DNA of 64,000 nucleotides, from the NCBI GenBank assembly GCA_024704765.1, contig JAKMXF010000005.1, positions 1 through 64,000 of the forward strand, in the 5' to 3' direction. The position numbers were made by a program, and so were the translations under genes. The notes below the pieces were generated by a model. It searched no databases, was not told where the DNA came from, and saw nothing but the letters and a program-made list of their open reading frames with translations. This DNA is from Oopsacas minuta (Eukaryota > Animalia > Porifera). Below, one piece after another: positions 1 to 15,494 of this stretch. The number at the start of each line of letters is the position of its first letter. Position 1 is the first letter of the stretch.

Positions 1-559
1 AGCTACGAATATAGACTACACAATATATAGGAGCGGGAAAGAGTATACAATTTATGACAATATATTTGTGTGTTCGAATACTTTTGTCCCCTGACTGTAA
101 GAACATAGAATTGAGTTTATATCACGGATTTACAATTATTTCTGTCCACTTATATAGTATGTAACATCTATACTATTATAACTCGAATAATCTGTGCATT
201 ATTCTCTCGTCAATCATGACCACCCAGGTTTGACATTGTAGTTGCGCCTATGACCAGCACCATTTTGTGTCAGATTATCAATACATGTTGGCGTATGACC
301 AACAATTCTTGTCGAATACTTAGGATATAAATTCAAATGTTGGCATTCTGCAGAGATTTTGGTTTCAAATTCCCAATACTATACGATTGTTATTTAGAAT
401 CTTGGCTTGCACTACTGTCTATCTTTCCCATGGATGGTGTCGAGGCTTCTTGCTCACCCCCGTAGATATTTCTGGGTGTACTTTAAAGCGTTTTGCTGTA
501 GTGGAATCATTTTTATTATTATTAGTTGATAAACGAATAATAATTGTTGTATTTGTGTA

Positions 560-760
560 CAGTCAAACCTGCTTAACTACCACTACTGCATGACTATCAC
601 ATGCACATAGCGGCCACCATAACAAGTCCCCTCCCAAATCCCATTCTAATAACTCCTGAATCGCTGCAACCTGCTTAACCCGGCCACTACCTCCATATTG
701 CTTCCTTTATCTAATAGCCACTAGATAGTGGTCGCCTCATATAATGTCTACGTTGGCAAG
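560..760 (+). mobile_element. Left end of a pogo/Tigger-type MITE
   Basis: TA|CAGTCAAACCTGCTTAAC terminus at 560. The same family's right terminus (GAGCAGGTTTGACTG|TA) ends at 53075. The internal boundary is approximate. Confidence 0.6.
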
Positions 761-940
761 TCCCTTGGGTGGACATCATTACCTACTTCTACTATATTTC
801 CTTATATACCGGTCACTTGTCTTAAAGGCTAATTTCTCTATATTACCACCGTTAACATAAATTTAATTCCGCACTAGTTTATAACGGTCAATCTCTCTAT
901 CGCGTCCACTTGCATATAACGGCTAGTTTTGGCCAGTCCC

Positions 941-1098
941 CAGGGTTTCATTTACGGGTGGGGGCATATTCCCTCCCCAGGATCTTAAGTGCCCCTCTTG
1001 GGGGTGGGAATTTAAGGAGAGGCAACCAACGCCGCCCTCCCTCACATTCCCAGAACTCTATTTTGCCCCCCATGCCCAAATGTCTGGATGAAACACTG
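941..1098. mobile_element. Small GC-rich hAT-like MITE
   Basis: Termini CAGGGTTTCAT...ATGAAACACTG form an imperfect 11-bp TIR around a G/C-run-rich core. No TSD seen. Confidence 0.5.
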
Positions 1099-2189
1099 GC
1101 CCCTTCGATGGCCTTTATAGACAAGATCGACTGTATTTATATTCTCCAGTATAATGATTCAAAAATATGACTATTTGGATTACTTCGAATAAACTTTGGA
1201 TTGTTAAGAATAATCTAGAATTTGTTGAGTATTTTGGATGAATTTGTGATTATTTTCATAATATTTGAAAGCTTGTGCAAAGCTATTTTTGCAATTTCCT
1301 CTGATAATTTTGTCGATACTGCCTGAAAATCAGCGTGTGTTGTTATATGCAGACACGTCTCGGTAGTTTACATGTCAAAATGCCTGCAGATTACCAACAA
1401 TAGAATGTGTATTGTTGGTTTTCTGACAACGCAACTCTGGTGGTATTTACCGACAGTTGTGTTGCCGGTGTTAGTATTTGCAGGCGTCTTTAAATGAGCA
1501 TAAATAGACATATTCACTATTGCCTCAAATTGGTAAGAGATATCGTATCAAAATGAGATTAAATAGTAACTTTCACGATCATCCAGTTATAATTGAATAT
1601 TCATCAAATTTTGTGATCCATTATGTTTACTGTAACTCAAGAACAGGCCAACATTTGTATTACAACCTTTAATATATACATATGTATCGAATATCTTTAG
1701 GTAATATCATACATTCATATTGAAATCAAAGATGCGATAATTAACGTTCCACAAGGCCTCAAAGACTGACCCACTTTAGCAGATACAAGCATGGTCCCTC
1801 TAAATGACTAGAATATATTTTGAACTTATCTAAAATATTTTTATATATAATGGTTGATAATCAGACGTCCGTATTCATTAAGTAGTTCAGCACTTTAAGT
1901 AAGAACTTTTTACTCTGATGATTGATTATTTATTAATTTATTTTGACAGGAATTGCTTAAAAATAGGTAAGTATCATTAATTAGTATCACTCTTGCATAA
2001 TTGCCCCATCTTTGGCTTGTTGATATATGTTAGGTTCTAATTCTTTTTACTGTTCTGAACATCAGCTAATACTATCAGGAGTTTAACCTTGGTTTATTAG
2101 GTTTAGCCAGGCCCATTGGGTAAAACCCGGTTTAAACCGGGTTTTACTAGTTTAATCCGGGTTTAGCCCGAGTTGATCAAATTATAGAA

Positions 2190-4916
2190 CATGGGTCGCT
2201 CAGATTCAAATATCGATCAAAAAAATGCAGGAGCAATAGAATAGCATGTCTACTTCCTAAATATTCATTATTTCAAATTATTCGTCGCAAAAACAAACAA
2301 AAATTTAGCCTAATTGTATTTTTCGCCTAATTTCTAATACCTTCCATTTGTGGTACTTGCTCTTTGAATTCAATACATGTCAATTAGTAGTGTCAAATAT
2401 CTCCAATGGATATCTCCATATATACTAAGACATAAATATTGGAAAACTTAATTCACACTGGTTTTAATATAATTATACTTGTCATCTATCTTATCAATTG
2501 CACTTGATCTCATTTTCATCTTGTAATCCCTTCTAAACATCTGCTGCATTATCAGTAACTAGAGATATAAAATTAAATTCGCATACTGCGTTAAATAACC
2601 CCCACTATAACCTTCTGTATCCTCACCAAATTTTGTATCTTCTCCACACATTGTTAAATGATGGTGACTAGATTCCTTTGCCTGTTCTGATGCTAGAGCC
2701 AATCTGTTATCTGTAAGTAAATATTTCAGCAGAAAGGGAACCAAATGGCGGCATACTATATATACTTTTGTTGTACAAGAAATACCACACATTTCGTAGG
2801 CTTCTTCAAATTCAAAGATCCTTTCGTGAAACTCGGGAGTACATCTGGATATCCCAAAACAAGAAGATAGCACAGAGTCAAATCTTCTTAATGCTATGAA
2901 GGCAATACAATTCTTAATTGGAAACAAATCTCCATGATGTTTCAGTAATATTCTCATTCAATTCCCTTCAAAGCTTCCACCATGGTATTAACTTTTCTTG
3001 ATGTTATACCTCTTAAAAGTATCCTGATGGATCTATATTTCGTCTTCTGACATGGACTCTATAATTACATCATAAAGTCTCTGGCCTACTCCAAGCAGCA
3101 AATGTAGCTCTGGGAGATTGAGAATAGCAATGTTTTCAAAAAGTAGATTTCAGCATCCTGAAATACGGTGGGGTTTTTAACTCCCTTGCATAATTTGAAT
3201 TTTCTTTCTATCCGCCATATTCTCTGCAAAATTCTTCCTATTGTAGAGCATGCTGTGTTGACCCTCTTAGCTCCCATTTCCCAATATCGTCAAGATTATC
3301 CCTTTCTTCCCAGGTACACCAGGGACAAGGGATATCTGCCAGGCATGATCCCAAAGCTATTAGTGCAGCTTTTATATCAATCGTTAGGCTAACATTGAAG
3401 TCTAGGATTAGACATCTGATATCCTGACTGGAGAATATTGACTTGAGGTTGTGATAATTTTCTGCTACAGGGCTCAGCCAGACTATAGCCAGATCGCTTA
3501 CGCTATTGGATAATTCTGGTTGAATTGTCACTCTCAAAATCCTTGTCCAAATTCCAGTCCTAACTTATATTGTAATTTATAGATATCAATCCCATCTGAT
3601 TGAGAAGATCTTTTACTAAGAAGGCCAGGAACATCATAACAGAATACTGTCCAGACAGGGCAAATGTCACTATATCCCTTCTTCTGAGATCGGTTCAGCT
3701 CTAGTTGGCAAACTTCAAAGAATTGACCAATAATTTCATTTCGAGCGTGTAAAATAATTTCATCCTTGGGGTGCCAATTAATTTACTTCTCAATATACTT
3801 ATAACTGACTTAAGATCGTTATTACTTAGATTTCCTTTAGTCTTTATTTCTACCATATCTGAGAGTTCAAGACTGATAGACGGTACACTACTTGAAGCAG
3901 ACATATTTAAAGAAGAACTAGCTGTAAGATAAACCTGGTGCCCTCCTGAATCACGTGGTAGTTCGAGCTATAAATCATCACTTACATCCAAACGCTTAAC
4001 GATATCATCTCCTACAAATTTACGTGAATAATTTCTCTTACGTAAGCAATGTCTGGTGTTGGTAAAGCATAAAAGAAGAACATTCATGGGGAATGCCTCG
4101 TCCTACTTTCAGAAAACATTTATAGCACAACTTTACAAATTGTTGAGGAGAATTTTCTACCGGTCTACCAACAGATTTATGTCGAATTTGCTGAGGTGCA
4201 TGTTTCTTTAGTCCAAATCGATACGCTTCTTGACACATACCACAAGGAGAATCAACAAAACAAGAGCCTAGTCTGGTGTTCTTTATAGGGTGTGTCCAAG
4301 AAAAGGTATCGGAATATTTCCAGCACTCAGATTCTTGTCCGTTTTCTCAAGCCAAATTGCACAAGTCTTACAGAGAACTGTTGGTAACATGCAACTAAGA
4401 TCGTCAACGTTATTTGATAAAAACTGTGCATATATCTTTAGTTACCTTGGAGTTAAATTTACCCCACTGTTTCCCACTTTAACACAACAATTGAGACATA
4501 ACTCCTATCGCGCTTTCATATGTTTGTCACTGAAAATTGTTCCACAGGATTCCATCTTCCAAATTATAGTTTTTTAGTTTCAAATATTCGATATTTATGG
4601 TATTTGCAGTTGAATAGGGATGCCGTATTAAACGACATGTATTCAAGTGTGAAGACACTACAAGTCAGAAATTATTCTTACAATTCATATGTATATTTAA
4701 CACTACAAATTAAAATGAATTAAATTCAAAGAGCAAGTACCTCAAAATGAAAGGTGTTAGAAATTAAAAAATACAATTAGGCTAAATTTTTGTTTTTGCG
4801 TACGAATAATTTTAAATAATGAATATTTGGGAAATAGACATGCTACTCTATCACTCCAGCTCGGTTTTGAACAAACTGCATATTATTGATCGATATTTGA
4901 ATCTGAGCGACACGTG
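2190..4916 (-). mobile_element. Decayed Chapaev (CMC) DNA transposon with ~185-bp TIRs; transposase pseudogene ~2520-4590
   Basis: 2190-2370 is the inverted repeat of 4723-4916 (CA(T/C)G(G/T)GTCGCTCAGATTCAAATATCGATCAA...). Minus-strand fragments align with the 53719-55704 protein: H-x7-CLNCC...VLCKTC, GRP...LCYKC...IPHEC, NVSLTIDIKAALIALG...PCPWC, FEFEEAY...CTTKV...RHLVPF...SEQAKES. Many stops and frameshifts. Confidence 0.85.
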
Positions 4917-5795
4917 AAGTATATTTTCCATTTTGGTACCTCAATTTTAATATTATTTAATGCGTATACTCATTTGGAATGAATGCTAAAATTATTACTA
5001 AACAGTGTCTGGTTTTAAGTCAGTTGTACGATTGCCGATCTTTATTTATGAAGACTTTGAATATTTACTGTGTTTACAATTTAATCAAATTATTGTCTGG
5101 AAATCCTAAATTTGAGTCTCAAACACAGTTTAGTAGTTTACCCAATTAAATGAGGTTTAGCTCAGTGTACTAACCAGCTTTGACCATAAAATAGGGTTTA
5201 GCCCTGTTTAATCCACTAAATGATGTCTAATCCGACTCGGATTTAACCCCTGTTTAATTGAAATATTTGGATTGTTATACATTGCATTGTAAATAATAGA
5301 TTTATGATTTGTATTTATTTAACCACATTGAGTTGTAAGAATTTATGTACTTATTTACTAATATTTATAGAATCCTTGTTCCTTATATGGATCAATAATT
5401 GAGATTTTGTCACTAAACTTGAAACGAACGAAAATATATCCATATTCACTGAAATAATTATAGTAGTGATAAATTCATTTGTTTATTCAATGTAAGCAAT
5501 AGCATTGTATGAATGAAAAAAATTATGTAGTAGCCTTAGGGCCTTTCAAGGGAGTATACGATATAATTGTAAAAGAAAACTAAAATATTGTTAGTATCAC
5601 ACTGTGTGGTTTATCTAATTTTACTTATTATCTTATGTAATTATTTGAGAACTATCCCTAGATAGCAATATTTAAGCAATCAAGATAGGTTGCATAAGAT
5701 TCGTACTTCAGTTCGAAGTTACTTAGTAGATACCTCTTAGGTCCGAAATTATCTTTTTAGTGAGTACTGCCGCTTTTGTCTTCAATCTATGTAAT

Positions 5796-5872
5796 TAGGG
5801 CTTGCATCCCGCAATTTCAGGATTGACTTTCAAGTAATCTCGGATCTTTGGATCCCGGGATCGCAAGCCTTA
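5796..5872. mobile_element. 77-bp hAT MITE with perfect 8-bp TSD
   Basis: TIRs TAGGGCTTGC / GCAAGCCTTA. TATGTAAT lies on both sides (5788-5795 and 5873-5880). Confidence 0.85.
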
Positions 5873-7139
5873 TATGTAATTGTTTTTCGGGAAAAGATGA
5901 CCGTTTTTGAGGTTCAACTACATCCTAGTGAACTATATATCAAATTTGGTGCTTTAACCCGACTTGTCACGGTTTCAGCTCTGACAGCCATGACTATTTC
6001 CCCTTCCTTAATTCATATCATCATAATATTCTTCCATAAATTTATTTACTAATTTCTCCCTGTTCAACAATAGACAATTAACCATTCGATTAATGTAATG
6101 GTTAATTGTCTAGTAGGAAATCATTTCCCATTTGATCTTGTACACATATTATCTTGTCCTTTCGAGCTCCGCTGTGGTGTTAGTACTTTTGGTCATCCCA
6201 GATATGGCCGAATACAAAATATTGCGTTAACCATAGACAATATATTCCAACTTCAACATCTGACATTTGCATTAAGTGTTTATACTGTTATTTGAATATA
6301 GAAGTTAGTGTGTTCGGCTTTTAGCAATTCCAAATCTGGTAACCCTAGCTTCACCGCTTCGATTTCCTTACAGCCTCAGAATTATAGGTTATTTCCCTAC
6401 CGTTTGAAAGCAAGAAGTGAATTCTTAACGGTTTCGACTATAGTTCGCATTGAACAATACTTTCTAATTAAGGTGAGTATACTAGGTTAGTAGGTACTTT
6501 TCTTCAAACGGATCAGTAAATATTTGATTTATTGTATTGGAACAGGATTCTGCTTAGAAGTACTTAGGTTAGTAAGAAATAATTCTTGTATCCCCTAGTA
6601 GGTACGATTTCCGAGTTCAATGGTAAATAGGACTGGGATACATTTGAAATTCGGAAATCTAAGTATATTTCAGGAAACTATATTCAGTATTTCCCTGAAG
6701 CGCCCAGGCGCGTATATTTTCGTGTACATTATTTCGTAAAAGGCCTCCCTCAGCTCACCCCTGATTCAGTGACAGTGCACTGATGAAGTGTGGTCTGGTC
6801 TGAAGTGGAGGTTCCTATGTTAGAGCATATATAGTATAATGGTCCTGCTATTGCAGAAACAAAGTGACTGGGTGCTACGTATATGGGCCTTGAATTAGAT
6901 TTCAAGGATAAAATTTGGGAGAAAGTAGACCCCCAAATTTCGATTATTATCGTGAGGTTCAATCTTTACTTTTATAATCAACATTACAGAGAGGTAGATA
7001 TAACCATAACTTGCCCTCGATACGTATTTCGAATTGAAGCCCCTGGTGCCTAGGCTATACCAACAATCAGCACCACTTAGTTTATTAATAAAGTAACTTA
7101 TTAATTTTCCTTATTCTCTACAAATATAGAATTCGATTA

Positions 7140-8907
<1,768 letters not shown>

Positions 8908-10351
8908 TTTTAGACAACTTTATAGTTCCGACGCATATAGAACCTAGTTTTTCTTATTTGCCCTTTGGCAGCATTGGGAATTTCTATTATTTGACACTTA
9001 GTGTGCCACCTTAGGCACATATTTTAAATATTCAAATACACATAACTCCTTCAATTCAAACCAGAACCAATGTTTCGATATTCAAAGTCAGCGAAAGATT
9101 TCTCATACTTTGAATGGTCATTCGTATATGTTCACGAATTTCTCTTTATGTGTTAAGATTGTGTCATCATTCATTTTCAAAATTTGTTCAAACACTTTCG
9201 AGTGACCCCTTGTTCGAAGCCACTAGGCAAATACATTCTATTTTTAACATTTCGACCGTGTAAATGGCCTATTCATACAATTTTGCTAAGTTTTGGGTTA
9301 TTTTGTCCATTCGATTATACTTCCAAAACGGCAAAATATCTCGATGGACAAAAACCCCTATTATTCAAAATATCTAATGCGCGCCAGTTGACAAAATACA
9401 CGAAGGCTGTATAATACATTGCTAATAATTAGGACATGTACATCCACCAAATATACTATAGGGCAAAATTAATCGAACAAATTGTTTACAATGTTTATGC
9501 ACTCAGATGTGTAAAAACTCGATAATTAAAAATATGCCGAACTCAAAAATTCAATGTCTATTATTACATATGTACATTTCTAAACAACTATTTATACACT
9601 GACTTGACGCCATGAACCAGGTATATATACATTACACGATTTCAAATTTATGGCGAAGGCTATGATGATGGTAGATATTTTCTAATTTTATAGTCGACTA
9701 TCACTTTCTAATAACTTTTCTACGCATATTATCTTATACCTACGGGTGCTTTTTATACAATCCTCTACCAAAGTATATGTACACCCAAAATTTCCGTATA
9801 AAATAGTATACTAATATATATATATATTATTTCGCAATAATGTAGTCACATTTCATGAGATATCGCAGCATTGATTTCAAAATGCATCCTACGCATCTCA
9901 TTTACCTATTTAAGAAGCTTTCAACTCAATAAGATATTGATTGTTTGAAGAATATCATCGCGTGTCAGTATTTGTATAAAATTTCCAATTGTGCCATTTT
10001 CCAAAATCATACAATGGCGATATAGGGAAAGGTGGCACAGGGTGGCAATGATTGTAAGTTATCAACGTACTCAGAAGCTATTAAAGATAAATGTTCTGTA
10101 ATGATCACAAAATGTATAATATGAATCTGAAATCATGATTTCAACGTCGAATATACCTATATTGATTCCATTATTTATGACAATTTGAGTTAGGATAGTA
10201 CTTCTTTCAATGAATATTTTTGGGTGTACAACTGTACATGTATTTTGGTGGAGAGTGTAGTGTATATTGCCAGAAAGATGGGCATCAATGACGTATTTTC
10301 TATTTCTTCATTTCCTGAGACAGTCTTTTGATATTCCCATCTTTTTTCTAG

Positions 10352-11989
10352 GTTCATCATAATTGGATTAACCAACTTATTCTAGATGGTGAAAATTTAC
10401 AGAAAGATGGAAACCTACATTCTGAAGCTATAAATATTTCTTCTTCATCCATTAAATCAAGAGTCACCGACTTGGATGGCCAATTATTTTCTGCGAAGGA
10501 AAAATATGATAATTCTAAAGCTTACATGGAATATTCTCATCGTATTGATTTGGTCGAATCGTGGATCAGTCTCAGAGAATTAGAAATTCAATCATCAGAC
10601 ATTGGGGATGGGAATGTAATTTCTTATATTGAAAGTCTCATTAGGAAGCACGATACTTTAGAAAATACTTTACAAGTGTTTCAACATGATGGTATAGATC
10701 CACTAACACATGATAAAATTATCTTGAACAATCATGGAAGATTCCATGTCGCAAAAGTACATTTAAAATTAGAAGACATTGATAAACGATGGAACTTTCT
10801 TAGGAAGAATACTGAAGACCGAAAAAGTCGACTTTTACGTTCGTTAGAACTTAGTATAAAGATAGACAATTTGTTCTTGTCTTTTGCTAAAAAAGCATCT
10901 GCATTTTATTCATGGTTTGAAAGTGCAGAAGAAGACTTAATGGAAACTGTTGTATGTAGTTCGATTGAAGAGACAAATCAATTACGAAATCATGATATTC
11001 ATTTCATCGGTACATTGTCCTGGGCTCAGGCTGAACTAAAACAGCTCCTTGCGCTAGACCGACAAATTCAAAGTTTCACAACTTTGCCTAATCCCTATAC
11101 ATGGTATACTCATGATTCTCTACAAGAATCTTGGAATTCTTTACAATCAATTATTCAAAAACGACAATCTGCTTTAGACAAGGAATGTATGAGGCAAGAA
11201 AGAAATGATAAGTTAAAAAGATCGTTTGCGGATAAGGCCAATCTATTTCATTTATGGTTATTTAACACAAGGAGGAGCATGGTTGAAAATACAGGTCAGC
11301 TTCATGAACAACTTGAACTCTTACAGTTAAAGTTTGAAAATATCTCTGAAAAGCAGAATGAGTTATCAGTTCTTGAAAGACTTTCTTGCGAACTCCAGGA
11401 TGAGATGATTTTAGATAATCCTTACACGCAACATACCTCTGTTGGCCTCTCACAACAATGGGATCAACTATCTCAGTTAGGAAGAAGAATGATCTACAAT
11501 TTACAACAACAAATATTATCGAAAAATATGACTGGTGTTTCTGAAGAAGATATGAAAGACTTTCAAACTTTGTTTAATGTATATGATGAAGACCGAAGTG
11601 GTAAGCTAGAGGAGAAAGAATTTAAATCTTGTTTGATATCTCTTGGATATTCCCTTCAGTTTCTAGAGAAAGAACAAAAGGATTCAGAATATGAAAACAT
11701 ATTAGATCAAGTTGATCCAAAGCGTCTTGGAAATATTACACTAGAGGACTTTATGTCATTTCATATCAGTAGAAGAACTGAGAAAGTCAAATCTCGTGAA
11801 GAGTTGGAAGATGCTTTCAGAGCAATCACTACAGATGAAAAATCAACGTTTATTACCAAAGATGAATTGAACCGAGCTCTTGGAACTGAATTACAAGAAT
11901 TTTGCCTCCAATATATGAATAAACATACAAGTTCCAGTTCAGCTTGTCTTGATTATATAACCTTTACCCGATCACTTTTTATGTCCTAA
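10352..11989 (+). CDS. SPTAN1: Alpha-spectrin, last coding exon (C-terminal spectrin repeats plus EF-hands)
   Basis: Acceptor ttttttctag|GTT at 10351/10352, in frame with the 505-aa ORF. Motifs FLSFAKKASAFYSWFESAEEDL, NPYTWYT, ILDNPYTQHTSVGLSQQWDQL, DEDRSGKLEEKEFKSCL and LDYITFTRSLF* match the alpha-II spectrin C-terminus as I recall it. Confidence 0.95.
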   Translation, partial: VHHNWINQLILDGENLQKDGNLHSEAINISSSSIKSRVTDLDGQLFSAKEKYDNSKAYMEYSHRIDLVESWISLRELEIQSSDIGDGNVISYIESLIRKHDTLENTLQVFQHDGIDPLTHDKIILNNHGRFHVAKVHLKLEDIDKRWNFLRKNTEDRKSRLLRSLELSIKIDNLFLSFAKKASAFYSWFESAEEDLMETVVCSSIEETNQLRNHDIHFIGTLSWAQAELKQLLALDRQIQSFTTLPNPYTWYTHDSLQESWNSLQSIIQKRQSALDKECMRQERNDKLKRSFADKANLFHLWLFNTRRSMVENTGQLHEQLELLQLKFENISEKQNELSVLERLSCELQDEMILDNPYTQHTSVGLSQQWDQLSQLGRRMIYNLQQQILSKNMTGVSEEDMKDFQTLFNVYDEDRSGKLEEKEFKSCLISLGYSLQFLEKEQKDSEYENILDQVDPKRLGNITLEDFMSFHISRRTEKVKSREELEDAFRAITTDEKSTFITKDELNRALGTELQEFCLQYMNKHTSSSSACLDYITFTRSLFMS

Positions 11990-12317
11990 TTCTATTTTGA
12001 ATATATAAATTATATCAAATATTAACTATTTTCTTAAATATCATTATTTCTTACTGTCTAATTTAAAATTTTTTTAAATTAAGTCTTTCTATTTCCGGAG
12101 TAGTAATATTTTCATAGAACTAATTGTATATCTGCTTGCTGTTCAATTTCTTGATTTCCACAAAATATTGTCCCAAGACTAGATTTGTTTCCCATGTAAA
12201 TTCAAATTCACATAATTTCTCCCGATATTCTCCAGATTACCGAACCTTTTTGAATCACAAGTGATACATTTCCATGTAGAATATTGTTAACGCGACAATA
12301 TGTCTACCTGTTCACCT

Positions 12318-12550
12318 GGGGCCTTATTAACTAAAATTCTAAGAATTATTCTTAACTTAATTCTAAGTGTATTTCTAAGAATATTTCTAAGAATTCATGA
12401 AATATTCTTAGTTTTCGTTAAGAATTCTTAACTTGGCTATACTTAACGGATTCTAAGAATAATTCTTAGAATTACGCAATTCTAAGAAAAATTCTTAGAA
12501 TAATTCCTAGATTAAGCAATTCTAAGAAAAATTCTTAGAATTGGGTAATT
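12318..12550. repeat. Array of TTCTAAGAA/TTCTTAGAA units in both orientations after a GGGGCCTTATT terminus (probable MITE end)
   Basis: More than 10 copies of AATTCTAAGAA or its reverse complement, including the repeated palindrome-like AATTCTAAGAAAAATTCTTAGAAT. Confidence 0.6.
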
Positions 12551-12737
12551 CTACTTGATTGATTCTTGCTATTGATTAAGAAAATTTATGCCAATTCATT
12601 CGACTACAATCGCTTTTTGAGAAGATATGCGCATAGTATACAATAAATTGCCCCACCCAATAGAAAAGGATATTCATTGCATTTCTCATTTGTGTACTAT
12701 TGTATAAACTCATGGCCTCGCTTTTTGTTCTTTTGGN

Positions 12738-12959
12738 CCAGGTCACCATGCTTCAGGCCCTAATTGCAAACCTAAAAACGGCATGGAAGACGATTTCACC
12801 GAACTTACTTCGAAACCTGGTGAATGGGATGCCTAATCAAATGAAATTAGTTTTAGATTGAGGTGGTAATTATATTGGTAAATAATTAGATATTGTGACC
12901 TTGAAATATTTTATGTGAGCCACCATAATGCAACCGGCCAAGATTTTTGTTAGACCCTG
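12738..12959 (+). mobile_element. 3' end of a Tc1-like element, starting at the N junction
   Basis: LKTAWKTISPNLLRNLVNGMP..M.LVLD*GGNYI is the Tc1 C-terminus. The element ends TTTTGTTAGACCCTG|TA. Confidence 0.75.
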
Positions 12960-13109
12960 TAGTTGGCTTTACTTGTTAATAAGGTCAACATTGACAGAAA
13001 CAAGTTTAATGTAGTCTGGAAATAACATATATATGCAATATCAATTAATATAACCGGGATACACTATATTGCATCTGTTCTCCGAGATTTTATTATAGAA
13101 TCAATAAAC

Positions 13110-13340
13110 CTCACCTGGTCTCGAGTTTAGCTGATTGCTAATGATTGGCCTGATAACAAGAGATTTTCTGACTTTACTTTTCAGGAGCTGGCATTTCTCA
13201 CAAAGTTGTAAATAGGTACAAATATCTTCTTTCGTAATGTTTGCATAACATCAGATATTTTATGTTCCATGAGTATTTTACCGCTATGTCCATTTGATAG
13301 ATGAGCTGTATATAATATTTACTCAATTAATTCACCAATT
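13110..13340 (-). pseudogene. Ginger2/KRBA2-SCAND3-like integrase fragment
   Basis: AHLSNGHSG...ITKEDICTYLQLCEKCQLLKSKVRKSLVIRPIISNQLNSR (H-H-C-C zinc-binding region), frameshifted. Same family as 49676-50460. Confidence 0.65.
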
Positions 13341-14455
13341 GTTCCTGGGATCCTCGTTTCTTAAGATTTAATTAATACGCCATCAACTCGAATTTCTAAA
13401 ATTTCATATCTCTTCATGATTCTATCATCCTTTGGAGTCTTTGAGCTGCTTTTATTTTGATGCTACTGCAACCTTTCTATTCTCTCTAATGTTGCTTGAT
13501 ATTCATATTTAGGTAAGAAACAGTTTTCCTGCTTTACTCTTCATGCCTTCTGCTATTTTACTCATTAAAACTCCCTAGTTTCATTTTATAATATCATATG
13601 AATTTGAAATGTGTGCTGTAATCTGTGGGAAATATCGTTATTTAGTGTTCGACGTATGCGATACAGTTTAAGCAATTTGCATTCAGCATCAAAATGTACT
13701 TCAAAGAATAATGGAATCTTCTTAGTTTCACTTTTACAACGGAATTCGCGTATGACTACTGCTTTTGCGCTAGAGTCGACATCTCTGATATTACCTTGGA
13801 CAATATGATATTGTCCAGCGAAGCATCATTATGTATAGTGTCTCTGGACATTATTCTATTTTTCAATGAGAGCACCAGTATGCATATTTCCTGAAACTGA
13901 AAGACCCACTGGCTGATTTTAGCATACAGTGGCTCTTGCTCGGATAAGTTCGAGCCTGGGAGAAAGATTCACACCTAAGACGAAATTATGACCTAATCTT
14001 TTTGGAATTTCAAAAATCGCATGATTGACCACTCCACGGTTAATAACATGGTAAAAGTTTGATATTTCTATCGCAGGTACCCTAAATGTGCTAATTGTTC
14101 TAACGTTATGATTTTCACCCGTCGCGTTGCGACCAAAACAACTAGGAATTGTTGCTGTTTGATACTTAAACAAACTTGAGGCACTCAGCTGTGGTACAGT
14201 ACAAATAGTTTTAGAGGATTCGTATACATTTTTAGATTATACAACATTTAATGCTTCATCATCATTTCACGCACTGCGAAATGGACTTAAACAATGCCAT
14301 AAAGCCATTGCTGTCTATGCATTGCGTCATGAGTCTACTTTTGCAAATTAGACACACTAGCCCTATTCTCTTATATGTATATCTGGTTTCATCTGATATT
14401 TTGATTGTGTTATGCCATTTAGATGTATTTTGGAATTATTCAATTTTTTTAATAG

Positions 14456-14987
14456 ATTTGACGAACTTTATAATTTGTTTGGTCATCGCAAATCGAAGTT
14501 GATAAAAGACTTGAATATATTAAGATACCTACGATCTCTTGAACAAGAAGAGTCATGGCTGCGTGATAAAAGGCTATTAACTGCTGTTGAAGATTTTGGG
14601 AAAGATCTAATTGGAGTCCAAAGATTAGAGAAGAAGCACCAAAGATTTGAACTGGAGCTTGTATCACATGAAAATACAATCCACAGGTTGGTATCTCAAT
14701 GTAATACCTTGGACATTTGTGAAAAGAGTGATGAAAATATATCTATTATTCAAGAAAAGTGCAGAGATGTGAATTTATCATTAATCGAATTGAAGTCTAA
14801 CGCTATTACTCGAACTCGTTTATTAGATGAGTCTGAAAGATATCAACAATTATCCGCTAATTTTCAAGAAGAGGACACTTGGTTGATAGAAAATTTCAAT
14901 GCAATATTAATAGAAGAAAATGTGGAGAGTTTAGAACTTTTACAAGATAGTTTAAGCCAATTTGAAACATTTAGCTCTGATTTCCAA
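14456..14987 (+). CDS. SPTAN1: Alpha-spectrin internal exon (penultimate coding exon)
   Basis: Acceptor tttttttaatag|A (an alternative in-phase acceptor exists at 14422) and donor CAA|gtgagt. EESWLRDKRLL...EDFGKDLIGVQRLEKKHQRFELEL...YQQLSANFQEEDTWL...FETFSSDFQ ends in phase 0 and joins 10352 (VHHNWINQ), matching FETDFT|VHKDRVND. Confidence 0.92.
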
Positions 14988-15494
14988 GTGAGTATGTATT
15001 CATGTTTCCTTGATTAATTGGTTACACAGGTCAACAAGGTTCCATTTTTCTTTTCGTCATAAATGAAAAATAATTACCGGAACCAAAAATCATATTTAAA
15101 AAATATCCAAAGATTAGATATATTTTTAATCAAATATTTTGTTATTTAATATTTCAAATTATCATAAAAATTATTAATAGTTACTCGATTTTGTTTTACT
15201 TATTCTGTAAATTAGCTATTAGCTACCCAGATTTGATGAAATAGGTTTAATTTAATGGATTTAAAAACACGGCATTTAGCCAATCTCGTATTCAAGTAAA
15301 GGCATCCTAAAAATTCGCTACTCTATAATAAATGGGTTAGCCCATAGTCTACTAAATATAATATCTAACAGTATAAATACTAGGGCTGTAGTGTTAGTTG
15401 AAAACATTTATATTGATGGTTTCTTTACCGTAAATATTTTTTGCCTGAATTTATGTATTTCATATTTGTAGAACTTCAAATTCACGCCTATAAA

